A stretch of 64,000 bases of DNA from an uncultured bacterium (GCA_965363725.1 CBDTUS010000001.1:2460-66459); one strand, 5' to 3'; positions 30,299 to 41,805 are shown, numbered from the stretch's first letter. Notes: generated from the letters alone by a model not told the origin. Numbers and translations: made by a program.

Positions 30299-32688
30299 CA
30301 GGCTTGGCCTTCCTGCATTCCCTGCAGATCCTCGGGTTTGATCAGGACGTCCCGCGCCTTGCTGCCGGTGAAGGGGCCCACCACTCCCGCTTCCTCGAGC
30401 ATGTCCATCAGGCGGCCGGCGCGCGTGTAGCCGATCCGCAACCGGCGCTGGAGCAGGGAGGTCGATCCGCTCTGATGCAGGACCACCACCTCCCGAGCCT
30501 GTTCGTACAGATCGTCTTCGCCGGTGACCATCCCGCCGCCGGCGGGGTTCTCGTTGAGACTGATTTCCTCTGTCGAACCCTCGTATTGGCGCCAGTGGGC
30601 GGCGATGGCTTCGCATTCGTCCACGTCGATGAACGACCCGTGGACGCGAACCGGCAGGGCGCGTCCGGGCTGAAGGTAAAGCATGTCCCCGTGGCCCAGA
30701 AGCTGCTCGGCACCATTCATGTCCAGGACGGTGCGGGAATCGTTCTTCTGGATAACCCGGAAGGCGATCCGGCAGGGGATGTTGGCCTTGATGACCCCTG
30801 TCAGGACATCCACGCTGGGCCGCTGCGTAGCCAGGATCAGGTGGATGCCGACCGCCCGCGCCTTTTGCGCCAGGCGGGTGATCGGACCTTCGATGTCGTT
30901 GCCCATCTGCAGCATGAGGTCCGCCAACTCATCCACGATGGTCAGGTAGAAGGGCATCGGTTCGGTGACCAGTTCCCCATCCGGGCCGGTCACCTCGCCC
31001 TTCACAACCTTCTCGTTGTACTGCTGGATGTTCCGCACCGAACATTTGGACAGGGTGCGGTAGCGGTATTCCATCTGCGCCACCATCCACTGCAGGGCCT
31101 TGAGGGCCTCCCGCGGATCAGTGACCACCGGCAGCAGCAGATGGGGAATGCCGTTGTAGACGTTCATCTCCAGCATCTTGGGATCGATGAGAACCAAGCG
31201 CAGGCTTTCGGGGCCATTGCGCAGGATCAGGTTAGCGATGATGGCGTTCAGGCAGACCGACTTGCCGCTGCCGGTCGAACCGGCCACCAGCAGGTGTGGC
31301 AGCGCGGCGATGTCGATGCTGACGGGCCGGCCCACCACGTCCTTGCCCAGAACGACGGACAGGGGATTGCGCTTCTGGTTGCCCGTGGCCTCGAGCACCT
31401 CCCGCAGGCGCACCATGCGCGCCTGGGGATTGGGAATCTCTATTCCCACGGCGGCCTTGCCGGGAATCGGGGCTTCCATGCGGATCGAGCGGGCCCGCAT
31501 GGCCAGCGCCAGGTCGTCGCTGCGCTGCACGATCTGGTTCACCCTGATGCCGGGGCCCGGCTGGTATTCAAAGGTTGTCACCACGGGCCCGGGCCGGACA
31601 TCCTTGACCTCGCCTTCGACGCCGAAAGACCGCAGGGTATCCTCCAGGAGGTCCGCCGACTGATCGAGCTCCGTGGCCGAAATCGATTGGCCTTCGGGAC
31701 CGGCGGGAGTCAATAGGTCCAGCGGCGGCAATGAAACGGGGCCGGATTTTTTCTTCACTTTGCGCGGGCGCCTGGGTTTGGAGCCCGCGTCATCCGGACC
31801 GTCGCCTACAAATTCCCCCGCAGCACCCGGGAGCACCCGTTCCTCGGGCAAGTCTGCGGGAGTTACGGCCACCGGTTCGGGCGCGGGGTCCGGTTCCTGG
31901 TGCAGTCTACGCTCTCTGGCGAGGGAGGTCTCCGTCTCGAATTCCTCATCCGGATCATCGGAATCGAAATGGGCATCGGGATCATCGTGGGCCGGGTCAG
32001 CGCTCCCGGGCCGCGCAAACAGGCCCATCAACCAGCGCCCCACTCCCGCCAGCACCGCCACGGGCCACGCCACGATCTCCAGCAGAACGCGGCCAATGCC
32101 TTGGAGGGCCCTTCCGCAGCCGGCAAGAAACCCTGTTAATCCTCCCAGCCAGGGTTTGAGAAGCAGGATCACGGCCACCACCAGAAACAGGGTCAGGAAG
32201 ATGCGGCCGCCCCACAGTCCGAACAGGGCGTGAAAGCCACGGGCCAAGAAAACCCCGGCGGCGCCCCCGAGCCGGGTGCCGATTTCCGGGGCGAAGGGTC
32301 CCTGCGGTTGGGCGATCCAGGCGGAGGTCACCAGCCAGAAGGGCACGGCCCGAAAGACCCAGGGCCGCAGGTTGTGCTGCCGGCCCGCCAGGTATCCGAA
32401 CCCGGTCATGACCAGGAGCAGGGGAATGCTCCAGCACCAGAGGCTGCCGAAAACCAGGTTCAGGATGAAGTTTAAAACCGATCCCACCGGTCCGCCGGGG
32501 TTTTCCAGGGCCAGCAGGTCGCCCACACCCTGACCGTCCAGGATGCCCCACCAGGGACCCGGATCCCCGGTCAACGCCAGGCCGCAATAGGCGGCCACGG
32601 CCACCAGAAGCAGACCCGTCAACCAGGGTGCCTCGAACCAGGGGCGCGCCCCTTTGCGCTTAGCCTTCTTCTGATTTCGCCCGGACAC
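30298..32688 (-). CDS. ftsK: DNA translocase FtsK.
   Basis: It has N-terminal transmembrane helices, a Pro-rich linker, an FtsK/SpoIIIE ATPase (GSTGSGKS) and a gamma domain. Confidence 0.9.
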   Translation of the reverse strand: MSGRNQKKAKRKGARPWFEAPWLTGLLLVAVAAYCGLALTGDPGPWWGILDGQGVGDLLALENPGGPVGSVLNFILNLVFGSLWCWSIPLLLVMTGFGYLAGRQHNLRPWVFRAVPFWLVTSAWIAQPQGPFAPEIGTRLGGAAGVFLARGFHALFGLWGGRIFLTLFLVVAVILLLKPWLGGLTGFLAGCGRALQGIGRVLLEIVAWPVAVLAGVGRWLMGLFARPGSADPAHDDPDAHFDSDDPDEEFETETSLARERRLHQEPDPAPEPVAVTPADLPEERVLPGAAGEFVGDGPDDAGSKPRRPRKVKKKSGPVSLPPLDLLTPAGPEGQSISATELDQSADLLEDTLRSFGVEGEVKDVRPGPVVTTFEYQPGPGIRVNQIVQRSDDLALAMRARSIRMEAPIPGKAAVGIEIPNPQARMVRLREVLEATGNQKRNPLSVVLGKDVVGRPVSIDIAALPHLLVAGSTGSGKSVCLNAIIANLILRNGPESLRLVLIDPKMLEMNVYNGIPHLLLPVVTDPREALKALQWMVAQMEYRYRTLSKCSVRNIQQYNEKVVKGEVTGPDGELVTEPMPFYLTIVDELADLMLQMGNDIEGPITRLAQKARAVGIHLILATQRPSVDVLTGVIKANIPCRIAFRVIQKNDSRTVLDMNGAEQLLGHGDMLYLQPGRALPVRVHGSFIDVDECEAIAAHWRQYEGSTEEISLNENPAGGGMVTGEDDLYEQAREVVVLHQSGSTSLLQRRLRIGYTRAGRLMDMLEEAGVVGPFTGSKARDVLIKPEDLQGMQEGQA

Positions 32689-34042
32689 GCAAACCCTCCT
32701 GCAGATGGTTCAACTCATCTTCGAGAAAGCTTGTCGTGGCCTTGCCGTCCAGGAAGACCTGGTTGTTCAACACCTCGAGGTGGAACGGCGTGCTGGTGGG
32801 CAGTCCTTCGAAAACACATTCGGTGAGGGCCCGCCGCATCCTTGCGACAGCTTCTTCGCGATCCTTGCCATGAACGATGATCTTCGCCAGGAGCGAATCG
32901 TAGTAGGGAGGAACCAGATAGTCCGAATAGATGTGGGTGTCCACCCGGACGCCCGGTCCCCCGGGAGCGTGGTAGTAGAACACCCGGCCCGGACAAGGCA
33001 TGAATTCCCGCTCGGGGTTTTCCGCGTTGATCCGGCACTCGATGGAATGGCCGGTGACCTTCACGTCCTTCTGGGTGAAGTCGAATTTTTCCCCGGCGGC
33101 CACCCTGATCATCCATTTCATCAGGTCGAAACCGGTCACCATCTCGGTCACCGGATGTTCGACCTGGATCCGGGTGTTCATCTCCATGAAATAGAAGGAG
33201 CCGTCCTCGTCCAGAAGGAATTCCACCGTGCCGGCGCTGCGGTAGTCCACCCGCTTGGCCAGCCGGACGGCCGCCTCCCCCATCCTTTGGCGCAGATCCG
33301 GATCGACGGCCGGGGAAGGGGCTTCCTCGATCAGTTTCTGGTGCCGGCGCTGGATGGAACAGTCCCGCTCCCCGAAATGGATCACCTTGCCGAAGGAATC
33401 GCCCATCAACTGGACTTCCACGTGGCGGGGATTGACCAGGTATTTCTCGATATAGACGGCGTCGTTGCCGAAGGCCGCACCGGCTTCGGTCCGGGCAGCT
33501 ACATAGTTTTTGAGCAGTTCTTCCTCGTCCCAGGCCACCCGCATACCCTTGCCCCCGCCTCCGGCGGTAGCCTTGACGATGACCGGGTAGCCGAATTTCT
33601 CTGCCGCCTCGACAGCTTCTTCCACCTTGTCCACCAGGCCCGTGCCGGGCACCGTGGGGACTTTGGCTTTGTCGGCCATGGTCCGGGCGGTCGCCTTGTC
33701 GCCCATCTGGCGGATCACCTCGGCCTGGGGCCCGATCCAGGTGAAGTCATTGTCCTGGCAGATCTCGGCGAATTCCGCATTTTCGGCCAGGAACCCGTAC
33801 CCCGGATGAATCGCTTCGGCCCCGGTGATCTCCGCCGCGGCGATGATGTTGGGGATCCGCAGGTAACTCTCGGCGCTGGACGTCTTGCCCACGCAGACGG
33901 ACTCGTCCGCGTATTTGACGTGGAGGGATTCGGCGTCGGCCGAAGAATGTATAGCCACGCTCTCAATGCCCAGTTCGCGGCAGGCTCTCATGACGCGGAG
34001 GGCGATTTCGCCCCGGTTGGCAACCAGGATTTTCTTGAACAT
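32660..34042 (-). CDS. accC: Acetyl-CoA carboxylase biotin carboxylase subunit.
   Basis: It has an ATP-grasp fold: [17 protein letters not shown] ... [14 protein letters not shown]. Confidence 0.95.
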   Translation of the reverse strand: MFKKILVANRGEIALRVMRACRELGIESVAIHSSADAESLHVKYADESVCVGKTSSAESYLRIPNIIAAAEITGAEAIHPGYGFLAENAEFAEICQDNDFTWIGPQAEVIRQMGDKATARTMADKAKVPTVPGTGLVDKVEEAVEAAEKFGYPVIVKATAGGGGKGMRVAWDEEELLKNYVAARTEAGAAFGNDAVYIEKYLVNPRHVEVQLMGDSFGKVIHFGERDCSIQRRHQKLIEEAPSPAVDPDLRQRMGEAAVRLAKRVDYRSAGTVEFLLDEDGSFYFMEMNTRIQVEHPVTEMVTGFDLMKWMIRVAAGEKFDFTQKDVKVTGHSIECRINAENPEREFMPCPGRVFYYHAPGGPGVRVDTHIYSDYLVPPYYDSLLAKIIVHGKDREEAVARMRRALTECVFEGLPTSTPFHLEVLNNQVFLDGKATTSFLEDELNHLQEGLRVRAKSEEG

Positions 34043-34164
34043 GCAGGACTTCCTGTACTTCCTGTCGGAATGACACGCCTAGTCGCCGTCCCCTGCCGGA
34101 TTCCGGCCACGGGAAAGCAATCCGTTTCGAGTCCTGTATTGTGGGGTTACAGGGGGGTGATGGC

Positions 34165-34195
34165 AAGAGAAAATGGCCCCGTTCGGGGCCATTTT
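34165..34195 (-). terminator. Rho-independent terminator after pilT.
   Basis: It is an ATGGCCCCG/CGGGGCCAT stem followed by TTTTCTCTT on the minus strand. Confidence 0.6.
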
Positions 34196-34220
34196 CGGAG
34201 TTTCGGCTGCTCGGAGTGCC

Positions 34221-35363
34221 TCAGATGGTCTGGGGCTCCTTGGTTTCGCCTTCCTTGGTCGAATCCTCGAAACGGTCCCAGGTGGTGTCGCTGCTGGCCT
34301 GGATGCCCTTGACCCGGAGCATGAATTCGTGGGGGTTGCTGCTGGTCTTGGTGGCGCTTTCCAGAGTGATCTTCTTTTCCTTGTAGAGCTGCATCAGCGA
34401 CTGGTCGAAGGTCTGCATCTGGTACTGGATGAACCCCTCCTGGATCGCCTGCCGGATCATCACCGTCTTTTCCGCCTCGCGGATGTATTCGCGGATGGTG
34501 CTGGTAGCGATCATGATCTCGCAGGCCGGATACCGGGTCAGCCCGTCGGCATCGGCCACCAGGCGCTGGGAGATGACCGCCTGCATGGTGGAGGCCAGCA
34601 GGTAGCGGATCTCCTGTTGCTGGTGCGGCGGGAAAAACGAAATGATGCGGCTGATCGTTTGGGTGGCATCGATGGTGTGCATGGTGCTCAGCACCAGGTG
34701 ACCGGTATCGGCTGCAGTCAGGGCGATCTTCATGGACTCGGCATCACGGATCTCACCGATCAGGATGGCGTCCGGGTCCTGCCTTAGGACATGCCTCAAC
34801 GCTTCTGCGTAACTTCCTGTGTCGCAACCTATTTCCCGCTGACTGATAATGCTCTTGTGGTCCCGGTGGAGGAACTCGATGGGGTCCTCGATGGTGATCA
34901 CGTGGCGGGAACATTCCTTGTTGATGATGTCCACCATGGAAGCCAAGGTGGTGGATTTCCCGCTACCCACGGTTCCGGTCACCAGCAAAAGCCCGCGCGG
35001 ACGGACCGCCAGTTCCTTGACCACCTGCGGCAGCCCCAGGTCGTCGATGGTTTTGATATCCACTGGCACATGGCGAAAGACCATCGCCACGCTACCTCGC
35101 TGGACATAGAAATTGGCCCGGAAACGGGCGATACCAGGCACGCCGAACGCAAAATCGATCTCGCAGGTGGACTCGAATACTTCCCGCTGGGTGGGCGACA
35201 ATATCTGTTTGGCCACCGCCGCCATGTCGTCCACCGAGGGCGGCTCGTATTCGGCGAAAACCAAGGTGCCGTTGATCCTGAAGACCGGCGGTGAGGCAAC
35301 CTTCAGGTGAAGGTCACTTGCGCCCCGGGAAATCATTTCCTTGAGGATCTTCTTGATATCCAT
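34221..35363 (-). CDS. pilT: Type IV pilus retraction ATPase, PilT/PilU family.
   Basis: It has Walker A GTVGSGKST, an Asp box, Walker B and a His box, and a C-terminal GFIQYQMQTFDQSLMQLY block. Confidence 0.85.
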   Translation of the reverse strand: MDIKKILKEMISRGASDLHLKVASPPVFRINGTLVFAEYEPPSVDDMAAVAKQILSPTQREVFESTCEIDFAFGVPGIARFRANFYVQRGSVAMVFRHVPVDIKTIDDLGLPQVVKELAVRPRGLLLVTGTVGSGKSTTLASMVDIINKECSRHVITIEDPIEFLHRDHKSIISQREIGCDTGSYAEALRHVLRQDPDAILIGEIRDAESMKIALTAADTGHLVLSTMHTIDATQTISRIISFFPPHQQQEIRYLLASTMQAVISQRLVADADGLTRYPACEIMIATSTIREYIREAEKTVMIRQAIQEGFIQYQMQTFDQSLMQLYKEKKITLESATKTSSNPHEFMLRVKGIQASSDTTWDRFEDSTKEGETKEPQTI

Positions 35364-35487
35364 TTATGGGATTCTCCTGTTGAGGTCCGCACCCCGCCAT
35401 TCCACAGCGGCCCCCTGGGGGAGCCTTCCTTCCATGAATTTTATCGGCAGGAAATCCGGGCGCTTGAACTGGGAATCCCATCCGGAC

Positions 35488-35531
35488 GGAAAAAAAAATG
35501 CCCGGAAGGTGCGAAATACCACCTTCCAGGC
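35488..35531 (-). terminator. Rho-independent terminator after accB.
   Basis: It is a CCTGGAAGGTG/CACCTTCCGGG stem followed by a 9-T run on the minus strand. Confidence 0.7.
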
Positions 35532-35575
35532 CATTTGGGGCTGCAGGTCTCCCCAAATACGGGAGCGCCTGTGAA

Positions 35576-36055
35576 TCAGTCGGGATCCACCAGGAAAAGA
35601 ACGGCCTCGGCTTCCACCGGATTGCCGTTTTCGGCGAAAATCTCCTTGATGGTGCCTCCAAACTCCGCCTCGATCTCGTTCATGACCTTCATGGCCTCGA
35701 TGATGCAGAGCGTTTGGCCGGCGGACACATGGTCCCCCACTTCCACGAAATTGGGGTTCGCCGGGGACGGGGCGCGGTAGAAGGTGCCGACGATGGGTGA
35801 CCGGACATCCTTCCACTTGGCGCGGCCCGGGTCCGACGCGGCGGCGGTGGGCGCTTCCGGTACCACAGGAGCGGCCGGGGCAGCGGCGGCCGAAGGGGCG
35901 GCCAGGGGCACCGCCGGGGCAAGCGAAGCTGCGGCCATGTTCAGAGGAGCGGATTTCTGGATCCGTATGGTCGTGTCGTCCTGACTGATCTCCAGTTCCT
36001 CGATGCCGCTGTCTTCCACCAGCTTGACCAGTTCGCGAACCTTTTCGATATCCAT
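35576..36055 (-). CDS. accB: Acetyl-CoA carboxylase biotin carboxyl carrier protein.
   Basis: It has an Ala/Pro-rich linker and a biotinyl domain with [11 protein letters not shown]. Confidence 0.85.
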   Translation of the reverse strand: MDIEKVRELVKLVEDSGIEELEISQDDTTIRIQKSAPLNMAAASLAPAVPLAAPSAAAAPAAPVVPEAPTAAASDPGRAKWKDVRSPIVGTFYRAPSPANPNFVEVGDHVSAGQTLCIIEAMKVMNEIEAEFGGTIKEIFAENGNPVEAEAVLFLVDPD

Positions 36056-36089
36056 TTCAGGTCCTCCGGTGCGTGGTTCGGGTTTCATG

Positions 36090-36647
36090 TCAGACCCTAC
36101 CCAGGTATTTTCCGGTGCGGGAATCGATCTTCAGGACCTCACCCTCTTCGATGAAGAGAGGAACCTGAATCACGAGACCCGTTTCCATGGTGGCCGGCTT
36201 GGACCCGCCCTGGGCGGTGTCCCCGCGCAAGCCCGGATCCGTTTGGGCCACCTGCAATTCAACCGTCAGGGGAGCTTCCACCGTCAGGGGCTTCCCCTCC
36301 AGCAGCAGCAGGCTGCACATGTCGCTTACCTTGATGTACTTCGGTACATCACCCAGGGTCTCCTTGTGCAGCTGGAGCTGCTCGTAGGTTTCCGTGTTCA
36401 TGAAAACAAGAAATTCGCCGTCAGGATACAGGAATTGAAATTCCCGTCTTTCCAGCCGGACTTCATCGACCTTTTCGCCGGCCCGGAAGGTGTGTTCGAC
36501 CACCTTGCCGTTTTCGACGTTTTTCAACTTGGTGCGGACGAACGCAGGCCCCTTGCCCGGTTTGACGTGCTGGAACTCGGCGATGGACCACAAACCATTC
36601 TTGCGCCGCATCGTAAATCCGGTGCGAAAATCACTTGTATCGGCCAA
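36090..36647 (-). CDS. efp: Elongation factor P.
   Basis: It has the [15 protein letters not shown] loop region and three OB/KOW-like domains. Confidence 0.9.
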   Translation of the reverse strand: MADTSDFRTGFTMRRKNGLWSIAEFQHVKPGKGPAFVRTKLKNVENGKVVEHTFRAGEKVDEVRLERREFQFLYPDGEFLVFMNTETYEQLQLHKETLGDVPKYIKVSDMCSLLLLEGKPLTVEAPLTVELQVAQTDPGLRGDTAQGGSKPATMETGLVIQVPLFIEEGEVLKIDSRTGKYLGRV

Positions 36648-36736
36648 CTCTTCCTCGCTTCCCTGGTTGAGACGATCAGAACGTCCCTGAAAATTTGCTA
36701 ATTGATAACACGCAGTTCCGATCCTGGCAATGAATG

Positions 36737-37192
36737 TTAGTCGGGGCTCTGACGATCCTCCATCAGCTGCGCCAAACCCTCCAGGGCGAGCCTATAACCG
36801 GAAATCCCGAAACCCCGGATACCGGCGGTGACCACGTCAGCCAGGAGGTTGTTGCGTCGAAATGGCTCCCGGGCGTCGGGATTGGTCAGATGAAGTTCCA
36901 CGACCGGGATGTCCGCGGCGGCCACGGCGTCCCTGATAGCCACCGAGGTGTGGGTGTAAGCGGCGGCGTTGAGAATGATCCCGTCGGCGGTATCGGAAGC
37001 CTGGTGGATCATGCCGACCAGCTCACCCTCCATGTCCGTCTGCAGGAATTCCGTGGTGAAACCCAGCTCGGCGGACCATTGCCCGCACAGGGTCTCCAGC
37101 TGGGCCCAGGTGGTGTCCCCATAGATGTCGGGTTCCCTTTGGCCCAGACGGCCGAGGTTGGGCCCACCAATGATGAACACTTTTTTTGTCAC
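36737..37192 (-). CDS. aroQ: Type II 3-dehydroquinate dehydratase.
   Basis: It has a VFIIGGPNLGRLGQREP N-terminus. Its GTG start overlaps the stop of the TPR gene as GTGA. Confidence 0.85.
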   Translation of the reverse strand: MTKKVFIIGGPNLGRLGQREPDIYGDTTWAQLETLCGQWSAELGFTTEFLQTDMEGELVGMIHQASDTADGIILNAAAYTHTSVAIRDAVAAADIPVVELHLTNPDAREPFRRNNLLADVVTAGIRGFGISGYRLALEGLAQLMEDRQSPD

Positions 37193-37956
37193 GAAGACGC
37201 GCCCCCATCCTGCCGGATCCTGTCGATCCAATCCTCGAACTTCTTCTTTTCATGAGACCGCTTGGCGACATGACGGTTCAGGGAGCCGGAATCGTCGGGG
37301 CCCGTCAGGGGCGGGATGGCGGGTCCCGAGGGCGCCGGCGGCACGGCGGGACCGGCGGCCTGGATTTCCGCCATCCGGTCCAGGACATCCTGGCGATCGG
37401 GTTCCCGGGCGGCCATCTGGCGCAGGGCATCGAGTGCCTTGTCCCGGTATCCCTGGGCCAGATAGATGTCCACCAGGGTCATGGTTGCGAAGGAGGAATC
37501 ATGGCCCACAGGAGAGGAATCCTCCGCCTCGCGGGAAATTTTCGGAGGCACTGCCAATCTGCGGGATTCCTCCAGGGCCCCGGCCCATCGTGAATCGTCG
37601 GGGTCCAGCACAACCAGTTTTTCGAGCAGGGGGATGGCCTCGTTCCAGGCCTGGCGACTGCGGGCTTCCTCGGTCATGAGCCGCAGGACCACAAAGTTTT
37701 CCGCGTCCAGTTCCAGAACCCGGCCCAGAACATGGCGGGCATCCTCGACGCGTCCGGAATCCATCAGGGTGCGGCCCTTGATCACCAGCGCGGAAACGTA
37801 ATCGGGATGCCGGCCCAGGCCTTCATCCAGCAACTCGAGAGCATCTTCAAGGCGACCGGACTGGCGCAGCAGGTCGGCCAAAGGCGCAAACACCCGGGCG
37901 TGCGGGTCCTGCGAAAGACGCCGGGAGAAGATTTCGATTTTCTGTTCCAGATCCAT
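37189..37956 (-). CDS. TPR-repeat protein.
   Basis: It has repeated 34-aa helical TPR-like units and a Pro/Ala-rich tail. Confidence 0.55.
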   Translation of the reverse strand: MDLEQKIEIFSRRLSQDPHARVFAPLADLLRQSGRLEDALELLDEGLGRHPDYVSALVIKGRTLMDSGRVEDARHVLGRVLELDAENFVVLRLMTEEARSRQAWNEAIPLLEKLVVLDPDDSRWAGALEESRRLAVPPKISREAEDSSPVGHDSSFATMTLVDIYLAQGYRDKALDALRQMAAREPDRQDVLDRMAEIQAAGPAVPPAPSGPAIPPLTGPDDSGSLNRHVAKRSHEKKKFEDWIDRIRQDGGASS

Positions 37957-37971
37957 ACCGTAAACCCGATC

Positions 37972-39630
37972 TCAATCCAGGCCCTTGAGGTATTCCCCCA
38001 CGGTTTCCATGTCCCGCCATAGTCCGGCGGTCCTGGCCGGCAAGAATCGGCCCGCCACCTGTGCCAGCAGACCCTCGGCCGCGGCCACGGCGGCCTGGTC
38101 GGTCCCGTCGAGAAAACCGCCGGCACACAGGTCGGCGCCCTCGGTGACCACCCGGACGGCCTTACGGGCGAAGGCCCTGCTCATGGCGGCGAACACTTCA
38201 CTGTCGGCATCGTTGTTTTCCATCATCCGCGCGGCCTTCCCGCAGAAGGCCTCGGCAACCTCGCAGACGGTCATCATGTCGGCGAAGGTGAACATGACAA
38301 TCTGGTTCCTGGTCATGCGCAACTGGTGGAGGTGCAGGACCACCTCGTTCAGGCCGCGGAATGCTCCCGCCACCAGGTCGGCGCCCACGGTGGGGCTCGC
38401 TTCATGCAGCTCATCCATCCCGGCAGCCCGTTTCGCGTAGAACTCTCCCTTGGAACGGACGGTTTCCTTCCAGCGGTACATGGCGATGATGCTCTGCTGG
38501 ATCTCGCTGGTCCCCTCGTAGATCGAAGTGATCCGGACATCGCGGCGCATTTTCTCCACCACGTATTCGCGGGCGTAGCCGTACCCGCCCAGGGCCTGGA
38601 TGGACGCGTCGGCGGCACGGTTGCCGGCCTCGGTGCTCCAGTACTTGGCGATAGACCCCTCGGTGCCCATGTCCTTGTTGCCCTCGTCGATCAGCATCGC
38701 CACATGTTCCATGTGCGCCCGGCCCGCCTCCAGGTCGATCCAGTGGTCTACGATAAGCTTCAACAGGAATCCCTGCTTCTCCACCAGGGGCGACCCGAAC
38801 TGCTCCCGCGCCTTGCCGTAGGCCAGGGCCCGGCTCAGCGGTCCTTGTCCACCGCCCAGGCCGAAGGCGCCCACCATCAAGCGGGTGTAACCGAAAACGG
38901 CGTTGGCCTGCTTGAGACCCTGCCCCTCGGTAAGGCCGATAAGGTTATCCGCAGGAACGTCCACATCCTCCAGAAGGACTCCGGTGGTATTGGAGGCGCG
39001 GATTCCGTGCTTGTCCTCGTGCTTACCGACCGACAGGCCCGCTGTCCCGCGTTCCACCGCAAAGAAGCTGGGTCCATCGGGCGTCTTGGCCAGGATGGTG
39101 TAGAGTTCGGCCACCCCGCCGTTGGTGATGAACTGCTTGGCCCCGTTGAGCCGGTACCCGGTGACGTTGCCTTCGGCGTCGAGGATCCGATCGGCGGTGG
39201 TCTTGAGCGCCGCCACGTTGCTGCCCGCTTCCGGCTCGGTCACACCGTAGGCCACGATGAGGCCCTCACTCGCAATCCGGTTCACCCAGTTGTTCTTCTG
39301 ATCGGGTGTGCCGCCGACGAGGATGGGGTCCGTGCCCAGGCAGATGGCCAGAAATGCCGTGGCCACGCCCAGATCGCTGGTGGCCATCTCTTCGCTGACC
39401 CGGCAGATGTCCCGGGCACCCCCGCCCAGGCCTCCGTGTTCCTCGGGCAGGAAAATCAGGTGCAAGCCCACGTCGGGTGACAGGAGTTTCCTGATGATGT
39501 CTTCGGGAAACTGATCCTTCTCGTCCAGCTCCATGATCTTGGCATCGGGAAGTTCGCGGCCGACGACCTGCCGTAATGTCTGAATGACCATATCGCACAT
39601 TTCGGTGGACAGACCGGCCGGGACATTCAT
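37972..39630 (-). CDS. Acyl-CoA dehydrogenase family protein with a C-terminal extension.
   Basis: It has an ACAD N/M/C domain signature (YGVTEPEAGSN, ALGGYGYAREY). Confidence 0.8.
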   Translation of the reverse strand: MNVPAGLSTEMCDMVIQTLRQVVGRELPDAKIMELDEKDQFPEDIIRKLLSPDVGLHLIFLPEEHGGLGGGARDICRVSEEMATSDLGVATAFLAICLGTDPILVGGTPDQKNNWVNRIASEGLIVAYGVTEPEAGSNVAALKTTADRILDAEGNVTGYRLNGAKQFITNGGVAELYTILAKTPDGPSFFAVERGTAGLSVGKHEDKHGIRASNTTGVLLEDVDVPADNLIGLTEGQGLKQANAVFGYTRLMVGAFGLGGGQGPLSRALAYGKAREQFGSPLVEKQGFLLKLIVDHWIDLEAGRAHMEHVAMLIDEGNKDMGTEGSIAKYWSTEAGNRAADASIQALGGYGYAREYVVEKMRRDVRITSIYEGTSEIQQSIIAMYRWKETVRSKGEFYAKRAAGMDELHEASPTVGADLVAGAFRGLNEVVLHLHQLRMTRNQIVMFTFADMMTVCEVAEAFCGKAARMMENNDADSEVFAAMSRAFARKAVRVVTEGADLCAGGFLDGTDQAAVAAAEGLLAQVAGRFLPARTAGLWRDMETVGEYLKGLD

Positions 39631-39677
39631 GGACCCATCCTCGCTTTCGACTCGACACCCAGGAAACGGATGCGGGC

Positions 39678-40583
39678 TCAGGGAATGTTGATGCTGCCGG
39701 ACCCGACCAGGACGCAATGGCCCCCGACCTGGATGTCGGTGGCCTGTCCTCCGGAGATTCCGGCTTCGGCAATGAGGCGACTGGGGCGGCCCATCTCGAG
39801 ACCCTGCTCGCTGATGATGCGCACCCGGGAACTGAACTTGATCAGGCGGTGCTTCACGAGGTAGGCCACGAGCGCACCGGTGGCCGCCCCGCTGGCGGCA
39901 TCCTCGGGAATGCCGAAATACGGGGCGAACATGCGGCAGTGGACCGCGGCATCGGACGCGACGGTCTCACAGGTGAACACGAACAGGTCGCCGAAGCCCA
40001 GATCACGGGCGATGGCGTCGGCGTCTCGGTTCCGCAGGATGATCCGGCCCATGGCTTCCAGGGAAGCCAACGGCACGATGTGAAAAGGCAGCCCCGTGGA
40101 AATGACTTCGCAGGGCAGCCCCGTGATCGCGATGTCGTCCTCGGGCAGCCCCAAAGTGCGCGCGACCTTGCCCCGGTGAAAATACTGGCCCATGAAGACC
40201 GGGCTGTCCAGACGCAGGCTGTAGAGGGACAGGCCGTCCTCCTGGCTGGTCACTACTTCGAAATGACCGGCTTCCAGATCCCAGGTAAAAATCTCCGGAC
40301 CGCCCGCGGATTCCCGCAGCCCCATGTGGTCGAGGGCGAAGGTGGCCCCCAACAGGGAATGGCCCCCGAAGGGAATTTCCGCTGAAGGGGTGAAAACCCT
40401 CAACCGCGACCGCCCGTTTTCGGCTGACGGAATGATGAACGCAGTTTCCCCCGACCCCATTTCCTTGGCCAGGTTCTGCATCACCTCGGTCGGAACCCCC
40501 GTGCCGTCGGGAAACAGGTACAGGGGACTGCCTCCGAAGGGGCGGTCGGTGAACACATCGATGAGGAGGAAATCAAGTTCCAT
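39678..40583 (-). CDS. PhzF-family isomerase.
   Basis: It has a typical PhzF N-terminus: DVFTDRPFGGSPLYLF. Confidence 0.75.
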   Translation of the reverse strand: MELDFLLIDVFTDRPFGGSPLYLFPDGTGVPTEVMQNLAKEMGSGETAFIIPSAENGRSRLRVFTPSAEIPFGGHSLLGATFALDHMGLRESAGGPEIFTWDLEAGHFEVVTSQEDGLSLYSLRLDSPVFMGQYFHRGKVARTLGLPEDDIAITGLPCEVISTGLPFHIVPLASLEAMGRIILRNRDADAIARDLGFGDLFVFTCETVASDAAVHCRMFAPYFGIPEDAASGAATGALVAYLVKHRLIKFSSRVRIISEQGLEMGRPSRLIAEAGISGGQATDIQVGGHCVLVGSGSINIP

Positions 40584-40732
40584 GGTCCCGCAGGGCACCT
40601 CGCGCCGGGGTTGATCCGAATACCTTCAAAACCGGGAACCGTCAGGCTCCCCGTGCCGGATGCAAAATCTAGCACAAGGATCAGCCGGGGCCAAGGGGTT
40701 TGGGGTCGTTTGCCGCCGTAGGCCTCGTCGGA

Positions 40733-41119
40733 TCAGGTTTCGATCAGCACCCAGGCCACCGCAAAACCCCGGGCCTGGCTGGTGGACAGGTGAAGGCGAC
40801 GGCCGCCTGACCGTTCCATCGCTGTTCGGGCCCTCCCATGCAGGACGATATCCGCCGGTCCGGTCGCTGTCGGAACAACTTCGATATCCCGGTAGGGGAT
40901 GCCGCGCACATCTGCTCCCAGGGCTTTCAGGAAGGCTTCCTTGGCCGCCCAGTGCAAGGCCACCGCTTCGGATTGGGGCCCCGGCGAATGTCCAGGTTCC
41001 GGAACAGGGATTTCATCCTGGCGAAAGCACCGGGCGAGAAATCGATCCCCGTGACGATCGAGCATGGCTTCCATGCGGGTGACGGACACAAGATCAGTGC
41101 CGATTCCCACCACGCTCAA
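40733..41119 (-). CDS. acpS: Holo-ACP synthase (4'-phosphopantetheinyl transferase).
   Basis: It has VVGIGTDLV and WAAKEAFLKALG motifs. It has a TTG or GTG start preceded by GGAAGGG. Confidence 0.75.
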   Translation of the reverse strand: MSVVGIGTDLVSVTRMEAMLDRHGDRFLARCFRQDEIPVPEPGHSPGPQSEAVALHWAAKEAFLKALGADVRGIPYRDIEVVPTATGPADIVLHGRARTAMERSGGRRLHLSTSQARGFAVAWVLIET

Positions 41120-41805
41120 TAGGCGCCCTTCCGTTCGATGACCGCGGGCAGCGTCCGGGTCAGGACGTAGAAATCCATCTTGAACCCCACCTGGCGGACG
41201 TAGTCCCGGTCGAGCTCCATCCATTCGGTGAAATCGAGATGGCTGCGGCCCGACACCTGCCACAGGCAGGTCAATCCCGGCGGAACCAGCAAACGACAGG
41301 CCTGCTCGGGCGTGTAGTCCTGCACCTCCGAGGGGATCTGGGGACGGGGGCCCACGATGCTCATGTCGCCGACGAATACATTGATCAACTGGGGAAATTC
41401 ATCGAGGCTGCTGCGGCGCAAAAATCTTCCCACCCCGGTGATCCGCGGGTCATCCTTGATTTTGAAGGCGGCCCCGGTGGCCTCGTTCAGATGCTGCATC
41501 TGTTCCTTCTGGTCCTCGGCATCCAGGGCCATGGAACGGAATTTGTAACAATGGAACCTGCGGCCCCGGTAGCCCACGCGGAGCTGCTTGAAAAAAATGG
41601 GGCCGGGTGTTTCCAGCTTGATCAGCATGACGATGAAAGGCAGAAGCGGCAGGATCAGCAGCAGCCCGAACAGGGAGCCGGCCAGGTCGAACAACCGCTT
41701 GACCACCATGTAGAAAGGAGTCCGTCGTCCCGGACATTCGGCACGAACGTCCCGGATAAAATCCTCGAACCCGTCTTCACTGCCGTAGAAGTTACCGGTG
41801 CTCAT
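41116..41805 (-). CDS. Small monotopic phosphoglycosyl (sugar) transferase, PglC/WbaP C-terminal-domain family.
   Basis: It has the bacterial sugar transferase motifs KRLFDL..., PRITGVGRFLRRSSLDEFPQLINV and DMSIVGPRP. Confidence 0.8.
   Translation of the reverse strand: MSTGNFYGSEDGFEDFIRDVRAECPGRRTPFYMVVKRLFDLAGSLFGLLLILPLLPFIVMLIKLETPGPIFFKQLRVGYRGRRFHCYKFRSMALDAEDQKEQMQHLNEATGAAFKIKDDPRITGVGRFLRRSSLDEFPQLINVFVGDMSIVGPRPQIPSEVQDYTPEQACRLLVPPGLTCLWQVSGRSHLDFTEWMELDRDYVRQVGFKMDFYVLTRTLPAVIERKGAY

Noticed and set aside
32660-32688. The 29-nt overlap between the ftsK start and the accC stop could signal a frameshift or mis-called start.
   Set aside because: Both reading frames are continuous and homologous to their families across the overlap. 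A slightly later non-ATG start for ftsK cannot be excluded, but nothing indicates a pseudogene.
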